Shown: one piece after another, positions 1-10,484 of the stretch
Numbering within the stretch: the stretch's first letter is position 1
How the letters are laid out: each line of letters starts with the position of its first letter
Source: Candidatus Peregrinibacteria bacterium CG10_big_fil_rev_8_21_14_0_10_36_19
Lineage (GTDB): Bacteria > Patescibacteriota > Gracilibacteria > UBA1369 > LOWO2-01-FULL-3
Reading direction: 5' to 3'
DNA: 64,000 nucleotides
Assembly: GCA_002772535.1 (NCBI GenBank)
Contig: PFDP01000003.1
Span: 3,962-67,961, forward strand
Notes under the pieces: model-generated
The model's database searches: none
What the model was told of the DNA's origin: nothing
Seen by the model: only the letters and a program-made list of their open reading frames with translations
Translations under genes and position numbers: made by a program

Positions 1-852
1 AAAGGTTGCAGACCTTAAGTGATCCGCAATTACTCTTTCGGCATGTTGTTGCTCTTCATTAGGTTCGCTGTATCCGGCAAGCAGCCTAACTTCTCCAATA
101 ATTTCAGTAAACAGTTCAGTTTCATAAGCAGATTTTTTCCCATTCAAAACGGCAGTTACTCTCTCAAGCCCCATTCCTGTGTCCACATTTGTTTGTGTTA
201 GTGGTTCAAAACGACCATCTTCAGTTTTGTTGTATTGCATAAACACATCATTCCAAATCTCAACCCATCTTTTATCTTCCGAATCAAATACGGCCGGCGC
301 AGGTTCTTCACCTGTCCAATAGAACATCTCCGTATCCGGACCACAAGGACCTGTAATTCCCGCCGGCCCCCACCAGTTATCTTTTTTAGGCAAAAATGAT
401 ATACGCCCTTCCGGCATTCCCAAAGATCTCCAAATTTCCGCAGATTCCTCATCACGCGGGGCGTCATCATCACCAGCAAAACATGTAACAGCTAACATCG
501 AAGTGCTAAGTCCAAGCTCACTCGTTAAAAATTCGAAACTCATTTTAATTGCTTGTTCTTTAAAGTAATCACCCAAAGACCAGTTACCCAACATTTCAAA
601 AAATGTTAAATGAGTTGCATCTCCAACCTCTTCAATGTCTCCAGTTCTAATACATTTTTGAACATCGACTAGTCTTTTTCCAGACGGATGTGGTTCTCCC
701 AACAAAAATGGTACAAGCGGATGCATTCCTGCTGTAGTAAAAAGTACAGTTGGATCGTTTTCAGGGATGAGTGATGCACCCTTGATTTCCTTATGTCCGT
801 GTTTTTCTGTGAAGAATTTTATGTATTTCTCACGTAGTTCATTAGCTGTCAT
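1..852 (-). CDS. alaS: Alanyl-tRNA synthetase, N-terminal catalytic part; gene continues beyond the left window edge
   Basis: Absent from the ORF track because it has no in-window stop. My reverse-strand translation from the ATG at 852-850 reads MTANELREKYIKFFTEKHGHKEIKGASLIPENDPTVLFTTAGMHPLVPFLLGEPHPSGKRLVDVQKCIRTGDIEEVGDATHLTFFEMLGNWSLGDYFK..., the canonical AlaRS N-terminus. The frame stays open to nt 1. Confidence 0.9.
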   Translation of the reverse strand, partial: MTANELREKYIKFFTEKHGHKEIKGASLIPENDPTVLFTTAGMHPLVPFLLGEPHPSGKRLVDVQKCIRTGDIEEVGDATHLTFFEMLGNWSLGDYFKEQAIKMSFEFLTSELGLSTSMLAVTCFAGDDDAPRDEESAEIWRSLGMPEGRISFLPKKDNWWGPAGITGPCGPDTEMFYWTGEEPAPAVFDSEDKRWVEIWNDVFMQYNKTEDGRFEPLTQTNVDTGMGLERVTAVLNGKKSAYETELFTEIIGEVRLLAGYSEPNEEQQHAERVIADHLRSATF

Positions 853-956
853 ATTGTTTGCTTTAATTTGGGCTTATTCTACGAAAAATAACTTTAACTT
901 ACAAGGGATCTATGAGATATTAAGAAAAGCAACCTTAAGAGCTAAAACAAAAAAAT

Positions 957-2696
957 ATGGGACGAAAATCTAGTCAAAAAAAAGTAGTAAAGAAAACAAA
1001 TAAAGAGAAAGTTGATTCAAATAAACCATCCGCAGCAACTTCAAAAAAGAAAAGTGAATTAGTAAAAATACCTCGTTTCGAACGAAAAGAAATTCTTGGT
1101 GCTGGACTAACCATAATTATGATGGCAATTTTGGTTACAGTTGGTTATTTGCTGTTCGAAAGAGCTTTTAGACCACAACCAATAGCAAAACTGCTTCCAG
1201 CCGATACCATTGCAGCCATTGAAATAAACAGTAATTTTAATCACAACCAATTTAATAAAGGATTTAAGCATCTTCAAAATTTTCCAAAGTACAGTAAAGA
1301 AAGTTTTGAAAAAGCCATAGAAGACAAATTTGCAGTTAAATTTAGTACAATTGAGCCATGGTTGGGTAGACAAGTTGGAGTTGCTTATCTGCACTCGAAA
1401 AATAATTTAGACTCTATTGATACGATATATTTTGCCGAAATATTTAGTTTAAAAAACGCGCAAGCATTTGTTACACAAGAGGCTCAGCCTACAGAATACA
1501 AAGGGGTAAAAATCTACAGTTTGCCGGAAAATAAAGGTTCCCTAATTATCAGACAGCAATATTTTTTATTTAGTAAAAACGAAGGAGCTCTAGAAGGGTT
1601 GGTTGATTTTTATAATAGCAATATGCCCTCACTGTCTAAATCTTCTAAATATCGCAAAATATATAACAACTTACCGGTTAGCAATCTTGCAAGTCTTTAC
1701 TTAAATTATAATCAAGTATCGGATTCATTTTTCGAACTTATTCCATTCTTAAAAAAGAATCCACTTACAGATGATTTAATAAAACCATTTCTTTCTCTTT
1801 TTGATTCAGAAGGATTTTCGCTTGTGGCACTTGATAAAAAATTTGCTATCCAAAGTTTTTTAAATTTAAAAACTGAAAAACTCAAAGATAAAACATACAT
1901 AACTTTCAAAGAAAAGTATCGTGCGAATCTTAGCAATTATATGCAAGATGATGTTTTAGCTTTTTGGGGAGGTAAAAACATGGAGTATCAATTTAAGAGA
2001 ATGGTGCAAGCACTTTCTGGCGGAGATGAAGATTTAGTGGATGTTACAGATAGTATTTTACAAAACTATACTCAAAAATATTTTGGATCAGGCATTAGTT
2101 TAAGTTTAGATATCTTACCACTTTTCCGTAATGAATTTGCATTTGGTATTGAGCCGCACAATGGTAAAAATGTTTACAAGTTAGTTTTAGAAACTGAAGA
2201 TCCACAAAATGCTTTTATGCAGCTTAATAAAATAGCCGAAAATTTTTCTAAAGTTGGTGCTATTTTTGAGCAGAAAGTTGTAGATTATACTCTTCCAGAT
2301 GGCACGCCAAGTAAGGAAATTATTGCGATTCCAAAAGAAGTTAAACGTTTTGAAAGGGATTATGAAGGTAGTCAAATTTCTGAGTTAAGAGTTAGTGAGG
2401 AAAAAGCGTTTTTCTTTTCAGTAGTTGGAAATGTCGCTGTTATTTCTAACAGCATAGATGGTGTTAAAAGTGTTGTTGATATTCAAAGCGGAAAAAAATC
2501 TGCCCTAAGTAACTCTCAAACTTTTAATGATTTGATCGCGCCAACACTTCAAAATTCTGATGAAGTTTCATATTTTAATTTTAAATCTCTACTACCAGAA
2601 AAGGTATTACAAAATATACCTTTCTCATCTATGAGCTCAGGAAAAAATTATTTCAATGACGGTGTTTCAACTATAAATTACCTAGATATAAAGTAA
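957..2696 (+). CDS. Hypothetical single-pass membrane protein with Lys-rich N-terminal tail and large extracytoplasmic domain
   Basis: 579-aa ORF. The N-terminus KKVVKKTNKEKVDSNKPSAATSKKK is followed by one TM helix (GLTIIMMAILVTVGYLLF). The stop overlaps the next start (TAATG at 2693-2698). No family recognised. Confidence 0.6.
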   Translation: MGRKSSQKKVVKKTNKEKVDSNKPSAATSKKKSELVKIPRFERKEILGAGLTIIMMAILVTVGYLLFERAFRPQPIAKLLPADTIAAIEINSNFNHNQFNKGFKHLQNFPKYSKESFEKAIEDKFAVKFSTIEPWLGRQVGVAYLHSKNNLDSIDTIYFAEIFSLKNAQAFVTQEAQPTEYKGVKIYSLPENKGSLIIRQQYFLFSKNEGALEGLVDFYNSNMPSLSKSSKYRKIYNNLPVSNLASLYLNYNQVSDSFFELIPFLKKNPLTDDLIKPFLSLFDSEGFSLVALDKKFAIQSFLNLKTEKLKDKTYITFKEKYRANLSNYMQDDVLAFWGGKNMEYQFKRMVQALSGGDEDLVDVTDSILQNYTQKYFGSGISLSLDILPLFRNEFAFGIEPHNGKNVYKLVLETEDPQNAFMQLNKIAENFSKVGAIFEQKVVDYTLPDGTPSKEIIAIPKEVKRFERDYEGSQISELRVSEEKAFFFSVVGNVAVISNSIDGVKSVVDIQSGKKSALSNSQTFNDLIAPTLQNSDEVSYFNFKSLLPEKVLQNIPFSSMSSGKNYFNDGVSTINYLDIK

Positions 2697-4843
2697 TGGG
2701 TAAAAAAATTACTGACGTCAAAACAGGTGAAATTTCAAAAATAGATTTAAAAAGAAAATCTAAAAGTAAAACAGGTGACTTAATTTTGGATAATAAAAAA
2801 AGGGCAAGTTTTAAAAAAGACTCACATTCTATTCACGAATTTACTGACCTTCAAGGTGCCAAAAAGGGTAATTATACTTATATAAAAGGTAAAAAATTTA
2901 CACCTCCAAAATTTTTAGACAGTTTGATAAAAATGGGATCTTTGGGTCTATTAATTTTGGTATTAATCAATGGAGCTAATGTTTATTTTAAAAGTAAATC
3001 ACTCGAAAGAGAACTTTCTAAAACCGCCTACGAAGGAGTAGGGTATTTAATTGATGCTGGAAAATCTGCTACCAAAATTCAATTTGACCAAGCTCTTACA
3101 GCCTTCGAAAAAGCCTCAACAAATTTTGAAAGTGTTCAAGATCAGTTGTGGTTTATTAGCCAAGACAAATCAATTTACAATGCAGACAATACCATAGGTC
3201 AAGCCGCTAATGGTTTACTTGAAGGAGGCAAACATTTTTCTGTTGCTGGAAAATATTTTTTAGAAGCTTTGGATGAGTTTAACAAAATACCACTCTACTT
3301 TTTTTCTAAAAACAATTCAGAAAATTCTGATAACACAAAATCTACACCCTCAATTACAGATACATTAAAAAACGGACTTCAAAAAACACAACTGGCTATT
3401 GATGAAATTGATCAGGCGTCAGAATTAATTAACAAAATTAAAGAAAAAGATCTTCCGGACGATCTAAAATCAAGAGTTATTTTTGCCAAACAAAAAGTTT
3501 CTGAAGTATCTAATATTCTTAATTCCACAGCAAAATATTTCCCAGCAATTTTAGATTTGCTAGGGGATCGTTATCCACATCGTTACTTAATTTTACTTCA
3601 AAATAATAATGAAATCAGACCAACAGGAGGCTTTATTGGTAGTTATGGAATTATGGACATAAATGATGGATATATTGAAAACCTAGAAATTCATGATGTA
3701 TATGATATAGATGGTTCTTATGGTGGAATTATTGAACCACCTGAAGAATTAAAAACTTTTACATCCAATTGGAGATTTAGAGATAGTAATTATTCACCTG
3801 ATTTTCCAACTTCCGCAAAAAAAGCGCGTTGGTTTTTAGAGAAGCAGGGTGGGCCAAGTGTAGACACAGTCATTGCTATTAATCAGGGGCTTTTGAGAGA
3901 TTTAATGGAAATTACAGGGCCAGTGCAGGTTGGTAATTTTGGCAAACTAACTTCAAGTAATTATAACCTTTTATTATCATATGTTATTGAGGGGAAAATA
4001 TGGGGACCGGAAAATCCTAAACATATTTTGAAAGTATTTATTCCAGCATTTAAGGAAGCTATTATGAAGGAGTCTAATGTTGGAAGAGTTACAAGTAAGC
4101 TATACAAGGCCGTACAGCAAAAGCATATTATGGTTTATTCCAGCCATGATGATATTGAAGATTTAATAACTTCAATGGGGCTTAGTGGCGAAGTAAAAAA
4201 AACAGCTGAAAATGAAGATTATTTAAGTGTAATTAATATTGCTTACGGTGGTACAAAATCTGAACAATTTATGAAAGAAGAAATTTACCATGATACTTAT
4301 ATTGATAAAGTTGGAAATGTTACAAATGAGGTTCGCATATCTCGTCAGCATCAATGGAGTCCACAAATTTATAGACAATGGAAGCAAATTTTAAAGACCT
4401 ATGGTTTTGAAGAAATGCCAGATCAATTGATTGATACTCTTGGTCGTGGGCCAAATAAAGTTGGTGTTAGAGTTTATGTTCCTGAGGGCAGCACCTTAAT
4501 TGAAAGTAATGTGAAAGATATAAAAATAAAATTTGATAAAGATACAAAGAAGACATATTTTTATTTCAAATCGGAAACATCAGCTGGTGAAAAAAAGGAA
4601 GCATGGATCAAATATAGACCAAACATAAGTCTCAAATTTAATCCTACCTCTGCCTATAGACTTACTATAGAAAAACAACCGGGAACCGCAGGCTCTATTT
4701 TTACCAAAACTTTGCATGTTGAAGATGGTTTAAAAACTTTAATGACATATCCATCAGACTCCCAAACCTACGAAGATTCCTCAGCGCTTTATGCTAAAGA
4801 TTTAGTTTACGATAGATATTTTTCCGCTCTTATTAGAAAATAA
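2696..4843 (+). CDS. DUF4012-like single-pass membrane protein
   Basis: 715-aa ORF with a basic tail and a TM helix (MGSLGLLILVLINGANVYF). It carries RYLILLQNNNEIRPTGGFIGSYGIMDINDGYI, which I recognise from memory as the core motif of DUF4012 proteins. Not searched. Confidence 0.55.
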   Translation: MGKKITDVKTGEISKIDLKRKSKSKTGDLILDNKKRASFKKDSHSIHEFTDLQGAKKGNYTYIKGKKFTPPKFLDSLIKMGSLGLLILVLINGANVYFKSKSLERELSKTAYEGVGYLIDAGKSATKIQFDQALTAFEKASTNFESVQDQLWFISQDKSIYNADNTIGQAANGLLEGGKHFSVAGKYFLEALDEFNKIPLYFFSKNNSENSDNTKSTPSITDTLKNGLQKTQLAIDEIDQASELINKIKEKDLPDDLKSRVIFAKQKVSEVSNILNSTAKYFPAILDLLGDRYPHRYLILLQNNNEIRPTGGFIGSYGIMDINDGYIENLEIHDVYDIDGSYGGIIEPPEELKTFTSNWRFRDSNYSPDFPTSAKKARWFLEKQGGPSVDTVIAINQGLLRDLMEITGPVQVGNFGKLTSSNYNLLLSYVIEGKIWGPENPKHILKVFIPAFKEAIMKESNVGRVTSKLYKAVQQKHIMVYSSHDDIEDLITSMGLSGEVKKTAENEDYLSVINIAYGGTKSEQFMKEEIYHDTYIDKVGNVTNEVRISRQHQWSPQIYRQWKQILKTYGFEEMPDQLIDTLGRGPNKVGVRVYVPEGSTLIESNVKDIKIKFDKDTKKTYFYFKSETSAGEKKEAWIKYRPNISLKFNPTSAYRLTIEKQPGTAGSIFTKTLHVEDGLKTLMTYPSDSQTYEDSSALYAKDLVYDRYFSALIRK

Positions 4844-6649
4844 TTATTTTCTGCCAAACATTTTTCCAAGCTCGTCCATTGTTAAAGCAACCATTGTTGG
4901 CCTTCCATGTGGGCAAGTGTATGGCCTTTCAAGGCCGTCCATTTGTTTTATTAAAGCTTCCATTTCCGGCAAGTTTAATTTCTGACCAAACTTAATTGCA
5001 CTTCTGCATGACATATAAGTTAAAATTTCTTCTATGTGGCCTTGCATATTTGACGGCTTTTTCTCATCAGCTAAATCATCAAGAACCCCTTTTATAACTT
5101 CATCTATTTCTTCTTTAACTAAACAAGATGGAACCGCTTGAATTAAAAAAGTGTTTCCACCAAAATTTTCAATTTCAAATCCTAAACCTGAAAAAATCTC
5201 CCCATGTTCTTTTAACATTTCAGCCTCATCAACACTCAATTCTAATTGAGCAGGAACAAGTAGCGGCTGTTTAGATTTTTCTTGAGCATCATATTCTGCC
5301 ATTAACTCTTCAAAACGTACTCTTTCATGTGCGGCATGTTGATCTATCAAAATCAAACCATCTTCTGCTTCTGCCACAATATATGAGTTTGAAACTTGCA
5401 GCACCGGCCTCATAGAAAATGACCTCACCTCACTAGCAATACCGGCCGGCGCCCTCTCCTCCAAAAGTGCAGCCGAAAAATCCATAGCATCTTGCGTGCT
5501 CACAGATCTTGCAGCAGGGGATGACATAGAGGATCCACCACCAAACCCTCCACCATAACCACCACCAAAACTCGCCACACTTCCAAAACTATTTCCAGCA
5601 GCTTCTTTAGTTGGCAATCCATCAGACATATACCTTCTCGACTCACTAAATCCTTTTGGAATTAAACTTGCACCTTCCAGAGCCTTTTTCACAGCTCCAT
5701 ACATTACACGCACCAATGTGTTTTGATCTTCAAAACGAATTTCAATTTTACGAGGATGCACATTCACATCGATTAAAGACGGATCAATCTTTATATTCAC
5801 AGCAAAAACTGGCTTCTTATGTTCCATTAGCATTGAGTGATACGCAGATTTAATAGTATTTGCTAAAAGGAAATGTTGAATTGGCCTTCCGTTTACAAAG
5901 AAATATTGGTGTTTTGCCGAGCTCCTACTTAGGAGAGGCTTTCCAATATAGCCCTCGATCTGAAATTCGCTCCCACCATAAAAAATTGGCAACATTGCAT
6001 CGGAAGTCGCTTTACCAAAAACATCTCCTATACGCGAAAGGAAATCTGTTACACGCGGTAATTCGGTTACAACCTTACCGTTGTGAATAAGTTTAAAAGA
6101 CATCTTAGGATGAGCAAGTGCCACCGCATTAAAAGTTTCGCTAATTTTAGAAAATTCCGTACTTTCATTTTTGAGATATTTTTGACGTGCGGGAGTGTTA
6201 AAAAAAAGATCCATCACCTCCACAGTTGTACCCTGACTCATCCCAATTTCATTCATCTGTTTTTTATCTCCACCTTCCACATGTATTTCATGCCCTCCAA
6301 CACTTTCAGCAGTACGACTCTTTATAGACATTTTAGAAACCGATGCAATACTCGCCAAAGCCTCACCTCTAAAACCCATAGTACCTATTTTCCACAGATC
6401 AGATTCATCAGAAATTTTGCTCGTTGCATGTCGCATCAAACTCATTTCCAAATCTTCGGGTGACATTCCAGAACCGTTATCACTAACTTTTATCAAAGTT
6501 CTACCGCCATCTTTTATCTCAACAGTAATAGTGTCAGCATAAGAATCCAAGCTATTATCCATAAGCTCTTTCACCACACTCGCCGGCCTTTCAACAACTT
6601 CACCCGCCGCGATCTGGTTAACCAAATTTTCAGATAGAATTTTTATCAT
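4844..6649 (-). CDS. mutL: DNA mismatch repair protein MutL, endonuclease type
   Basis: 601 aa. N-terminal GHKL ATPase signature MIKILSENLVNQIAAGEVVERPASVVKELMDNSLD, a Gly-rich linker, the C-terminal DQHAAHERVRFEE motif (DQHA-x2-E-x4-E endonuclease motif) and CPHGRPT. Confidence 0.95.
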   Translation of the reverse strand: MIKILSENLVNQIAAGEVVERPASVVKELMDNSLDSYADTITVEIKDGGRTLIKVSDNGSGMSPEDLEMSLMRHATSKISDESDLWKIGTMGFRGEALASIASVSKMSIKSRTAESVGGHEIHVEGGDKKQMNEIGMSQGTTVEVMDLFFNTPARQKYLKNESTEFSKISETFNAVALAHPKMSFKLIHNGKVVTELPRVTDFLSRIGDVFGKATSDAMLPIFYGGSEFQIEGYIGKPLLSRSSAKHQYFFVNGRPIQHFLLANTIKSAYHSMLMEHKKPVFAVNIKIDPSLIDVNVHPRKIEIRFEDQNTLVRVMYGAVKKALEGASLIPKGFSESRRYMSDGLPTKEAAGNSFGSVASFGGGYGGGFGGGSSMSSPAARSVSTQDAMDFSAALLEERAPAGIASEVRSFSMRPVLQVSNSYIVAEAEDGLILIDQHAAHERVRFEELMAEYDAQEKSKQPLLVPAQLELSVDEAEMLKEHGEIFSGLGFEIENFGGNTFLIQAVPSCLVKEEIDEVIKGVLDDLADEKKPSNMQGHIEEILTYMSCRSAIKFGQKLNLPEMEALIKQMDGLERPYTCPHGRPTMVALTMDELGKMFGRK

Positions 6650-6650
6650 A

Positions 6651-7619
6651 CTATAAGTCTACGCACTTAATATCAGAATTTTTCAATGTAATTTTATTGA
6701 GTAAAAAGTCATATTCGTAATTATAATTTCCAGAACATCCGGCATCACCAAACCCTCCACTAATCGGCACAATATTTCCTTCACGAGCCTTAAATTCAAA
6801 CATTGTTGCACATGTTTTTTCTGATGGATAACTCGCTTCAGCTAAATCCCCACTTGCTACAGAATAACGATAAACATGTCCAAGTGAGCAGTATTCCCCA
6901 GAGGACATTAATATCACAACTCCAGAATCCGCAGCATAACAAAGTTCTCTTACCCCATAACTATTAAAATTGTTATTCCAAACATCAAATAAAACTGGCT
7001 TATCATAAGCTTTTGTTGCTAATGCATTGAAGTCCGCTTTTAAATCGCTATACCATTTTTGATTTTTATATTTGGTTGGATCACCACAGCCATCAAATGC
7101 AATTACACCTTCTCCATCGAAAACATAGTTTAGGCTAATTTTTGCTTCAGCCTTTTTTCCATCTTCAAAATGAGCAATGAATTTATAATTATTTCTGCCT
7201 GCTTTTAGATTGTTGTAACCGGTATTAACTCTATAGGTGAATGTGCGATCTCCAGCTTTGAAATTTTTTAGAGTGTAGTCGTCTGTATATGGATAAACAT
7301 GTTCATTTTCTACGCCTTCAGATATTACTTGAATTTTTTGAACACCTTCAGCTACCTTTCCTTCAAAAAGTATTGGAGCTTTGTTGAAAGTCATTAAATC
7401 TTTTGATGGACTAGTAATTTCGATTAGATGTGATTCATCTTTTTCCACTACATTTTCATCTCCATTTGGCTCTACAATAGTTTCCTCTGATTTTACTGTT
7501 TCAGCCTCTTTTTTACTCAAACTCACATCAAAGTTCATAAAGAAAATGAGAGCAATAATAACCGCAACTAAGAAAATTATCACAGCATATAGTAACGCTT
7601 TTGACCTTGATTCTTCCAT
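6651..7619 (-). CDS. Hypothetical membrane-anchored protein with Cys-containing ectodomain
   Basis: 322-aa ORF with an N-terminal TM anchor (LLYAVIIFLVAVIIALIFFMNF) and a beta-rich C-terminal region with several Cys. It is wedged between the mutS stop (26 nt away) and the mutL start (1 nt away). Confidence 0.6.
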   Translation of the reverse strand: MEESRSKALLYAVIIFLVAVIIALIFFMNFDVSLSKKEAETVKSEETIVEPNGDENVVEKDESHLIEITSPSKDLMTFNKAPILFEGKVAEGVQKIQVISEGVENEHVYPYTDDYTLKNFKAGDRTFTYRVNTGYNNLKAGRNNYKFIAHFEDGKKAEAKISLNYVFDGEGVIAFDGCGDPTKYKNQKWYSDLKADFNALATKAYDKPVLFDVWNNNFNSYGVRELCYAADSGVVILMSSGEYCSLGHVYRYSVASGDLAEASYPSEKTCATMFEFKAREGNIVPISGGFGDAGCSGNYNYEYDFLLNKITLKNSDIKCVDL

Positions 7620-7645
7620 AAATAAATAGTTAATTTTCCTCTAAA

Positions 7646-10141
7646 TTATACACTTTTCTTTATCTCATGCAATTTTTGCAGGGCTTCAAGAGGTGTTAAG
7701 TTATCTACATCTACTTCACGCAATTTTTCTACCACCTTTCTGTGTGATCTAGTTTCCTCACTTTCAAACATTTCCACCTGTTCGGTTGTAGCTTTTTTAA
7801 TATGCTTTGATTCTAACTCTCTCATTACACCACGCGCCCTACCTACAACCTCCATTGGTAGTCCAGCAAGCTTTGCCACCTCAATTCCATAGCTTTTATC
7901 AACCCCACCAGCAACAATTTTATAAAGAAAAACCACTCCCTCTTTTTCATTTTCTCTCACAGCAACACTCAAATTAACACCTCTTTCCATTCCTTCCGTT
8001 AATTCCAAAAGTTCGTGGTAATGAGTGGCAAACAATGTGTTTGCTTTGATTTTGTCATGCAAAAATTCTGACATTGCCCAAGCAATACTAAGACCATCAT
8101 AAGTAGAAGTTCCCCGTCCAATTTCATCTAAAATAATTAAACTTTTTTCTGTGGCCTGATTTAAAATATAAGCAGCTTCCTGCATCTCCACCATAAAAGT
8201 ACTATCTCCTTTTGATAAATTGTCTGATGCTCCAACTCTTGTAAAAATTCTATCAACAAGTTTTAAATCCGCTTTTGAAGCGGGTACATAACTTCCAATT
8301 TGAGCCAAGAAAGAAATTAATGCAACTTGTCTCAGATAGGTAGATTTACCACCCATATTTGGACCCGTAATTAAAACAAAGTTTTTTTCATTATTAAAAA
8401 TACAATCATTCGGCACAAAATCATTAACCAACAATTCTGCTACAGCATGACGACCATCTTTTATTTCAGTAATTTCTCCAAAGTGTGGTCTGCAATAATT
8501 TTTCTTTTCTGCATTAAACGCAAAGCAACTTAGAACATCAACTTTCGCAACTGCTCGAGCCGTTTTTTGAATTTCCACAATTTTTTTAATTACCTCCATT
8601 CTCACTTCATAGAATAGTTGATATTCCAATTCGCTAATTTTATCTTCTGCACTTAAAACTTTTTCTTCATATTCTTTTAGCTCTGGCGTAATAAATCTTT
8701 CGGCATTAACTAAAGTTTGTTTGCGAATATAATCCGCAGGTACATTAGCTAAATTTGAATTACTGATTTCAATGTAATAACCAAATACTTTATTAAATTT
8801 TACCTTTAGCGAAGAAATACCACTTCTCTTAACTTCTCTTTCTTGTAGATCTTTAATATATGATTTCCCATCTCTGCTTAGAGCTCTTAGTTCATCTAAT
8901 TCTTTGTTATAACCATCTGCAATCATTCCACCATCTCGGAGTCCTACAGGAGGTTCTTCTGCTATAGCTCTTCCAATTAATGATGTAAGCCCCTCAAAAA
9001 CAATTAAATTTTCATCTTCAAAAAGTTCTTTTAATTTTGGCACTAGTTCCAGTGACATCTTCATCGCCAAAAGATCTCTAGCATTTCCACTTCCCAGACT
9101 CAGCCTACTAAGTAATCTTTCTATATCGTAAAAGGATGAAAGTATATCGCGCACATTCCTTAGAAGTGAAGAATTTTTTACAAACATTTCTACGCCATCA
9201 AGGCGTTTTTCAATTGCCGCCTGATCAATCAGTGGTGTTACCATCCAGTTTCTCAGCAGGCGGCCCCCCATAGATGTAACGGTATTATCAATTGCCCAAG
9301 CCAAACTCCCTTCTTTTTTGGAATCTTTTGCAGTATAAAAAATTTCCAAATTCCTAAGCATAGTTTCGCTAACAGGCATATACTTTGAATTGTTGAGGTA
9401 GGAGATTTTTTGAATATGTTTTAGCTCTGTTTTTTGAGTTTCTTTTAAATAGTTCAAAAGCATTGCAGCAGCTTTTGTTGCGCAAAGTTTACCTTCCAAC
9501 CCAAATGATTCTAAAGATTTAATATCAAAGTTTTTGCAAATATCTTGAGTAGCATCTCCATAATATTGATATTCAAAAACACAAAGATTAAGTCCATTTA
9601 AGATCGACATTTTCTCCTCGCATATACACTCTATTGCACCAATTTTTTTTATCTCATTGCGTAGTTCAGCTTCATTTTCAAATTCACTAACTTTAAATTC
9701 TCCTGTAGTTACATCACTGTACGCAAAGCCAAAAATATTTTTACCTGCAACAACACAAGCTACATAATTATTTGATTTATTATCGAGAATATTTTCGTTA
9801 AACGTTGTTCCTGGTGTAACTATTTTAATTACTTCTCTTTCAACAATTCCTTTGCCATCAGGCTGTGTGATCTGATCAGCTATTGCAACTTTTTTCCCAG
9901 CTTTAGTGAGTTTATATAGATATTGATCAAGAGCATGAAAGGGAATTCCACACATAGGAATTTTACTCACACCTTCGGCTTTTCCTCTCGCAGTTAAAGT
10001 TATTTGTAGTATTTTTGCAGCTTCAACAGCATCATCAAAAAACATCTCATAGAAATCTCCCAACCTAAACATTAAAATGCAATCTTCATGTTCGGCTTTA
10101 ATCTTTTTGTACTGAGCCATCATCGGCGTCAACTTTGTCAT
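7646..10141 (-). CDS. mutS: DNA mismatch repair protein MutS
   Basis: 831 aa. Mismatch-binding N-terminus TPMMAQYKKIKAEHEDCILMFRLGDFYEMFFDDA, Walker A GPNMGGKSTYLRQ, plus STFMVEM and DEIGRGTSTYDG motifs. Confidence 0.95.
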   Translation of the reverse strand: MTKLTPMMAQYKKIKAEHEDCILMFRLGDFYEMFFDDAVEAAKILQITLTARGKAEGVSKIPMCGIPFHALDQYLYKLTKAGKKVAIADQITQPDGKGIVEREVIKIVTPGTTFNENILDNKSNNYVACVVAGKNIFGFAYSDVTTGEFKVSEFENEAELRNEIKKIGAIECICEEKMSILNGLNLCVFEYQYYGDATQDICKNFDIKSLESFGLEGKLCATKAAAMLLNYLKETQKTELKHIQKISYLNNSKYMPVSETMLRNLEIFYTAKDSKKEGSLAWAIDNTVTSMGGRLLRNWMVTPLIDQAAIEKRLDGVEMFVKNSSLLRNVRDILSSFYDIERLLSRLSLGSGNARDLLAMKMSLELVPKLKELFEDENLIVFEGLTSLIGRAIAEEPPVGLRDGGMIADGYNKELDELRALSRDGKSYIKDLQEREVKRSGISSLKVKFNKVFGYYIEISNSNLANVPADYIRKQTLVNAERFITPELKEYEEKVLSAEDKISELEYQLFYEVRMEVIKKIVEIQKTARAVAKVDVLSCFAFNAEKKNYCRPHFGEITEIKDGRHAVAELLVNDFVPNDCIFNNEKNFVLITGPNMGGKSTYLRQVALISFLAQIGSYVPASKADLKLVDRIFTRVGASDNLSKGDSTFMVEMQEAAYILNQATEKSLIILDEIGRGTSTYDGLSIAWAMSEFLHDKIKANTLFATHYHELLELTEGMERGVNLSVAVRENEKEGVVFLYKIVAGGVDKSYGIEVAKLAGLPMEVVGRARGVMRELESKHIKKATTEQVEMFESEETRSHRKVVEKLREVDVDNLTPLEALQKLHEIKKSV

Positions 10142-10160
10142 ACATAAGGTTTAAGGATCC

Positions 10161-10484
10161 TTATTGTATATTCAAAATAGGGTATACATCAATAGCCGGC
10201 TTCTCATAGGGATGAGCTGACTTAATTAACTCTAATGCATTCGCCAATTTTGACTCTTCACAAATAGTTTCTATTCTTTCTTCTCCAACTTCTTCAATTT
10301 TGCCAATTTCTCCAATGAAGGGATTTGCGCCCTCCAAAGCTCTAAATCTCCCAACTCCTCTCACACTAAAACTACAACTATCATAGTTACCAATTTTCCC
10401 ACACTCTGCTTTAGCCATGGCAGATCTAATATCATCGGCATGGGCAACATCTACATACACTACTATTTTAACTAGTTTATTCAT
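10161..10484 (-). CDS. Stand-alone YqfO/NIF3 insert-domain-like (PII-like fold) protein
   Basis: 107 aa. VVYVDVAHADDIRSAMAKAECGKIGNYDSCSFSVRGVGRFRALEGANPFIGEIGKIEEVGEERIETI...AHPYEKPAIDVYPI matches, by memory, the inserted domain of Bacillus YqfO (NIF3 family). Confidence 0.6.
   Translation of the reverse strand: MNKLVKIVVYVDVAHADDIRSAMAKAECGKIGNYDSCSFSVRGVGRFRALEGANPFIGEIGKIEEVGEERIETICEESKLANALELIKSAHPYEKPAIDVYPILNIQ

Noticed and set aside
198-479. 93-aa minus-strand ORF from the track, and the 60-aa and 68-aa plus-strand ORFs at 19-201 and 767-973
   Set aside because: They lie out of frame or antisense within the clearly recognisable alaS coding region (1-852, minus strand), and their translations have no protein-like features.
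4835-4852. Perfect 18-bp palindrome AGAAAATAATTATTTTCT spanning the abutting stops of the DUF4012-like gene and mutL
   Set aside because: It arises because both convergent ORFs end in Arg-Lys-stop (AGA AAA TAA). It is AT-only with no loop, so it is unlikely to act as a terminator. I treat it as a coincidence of compaction.
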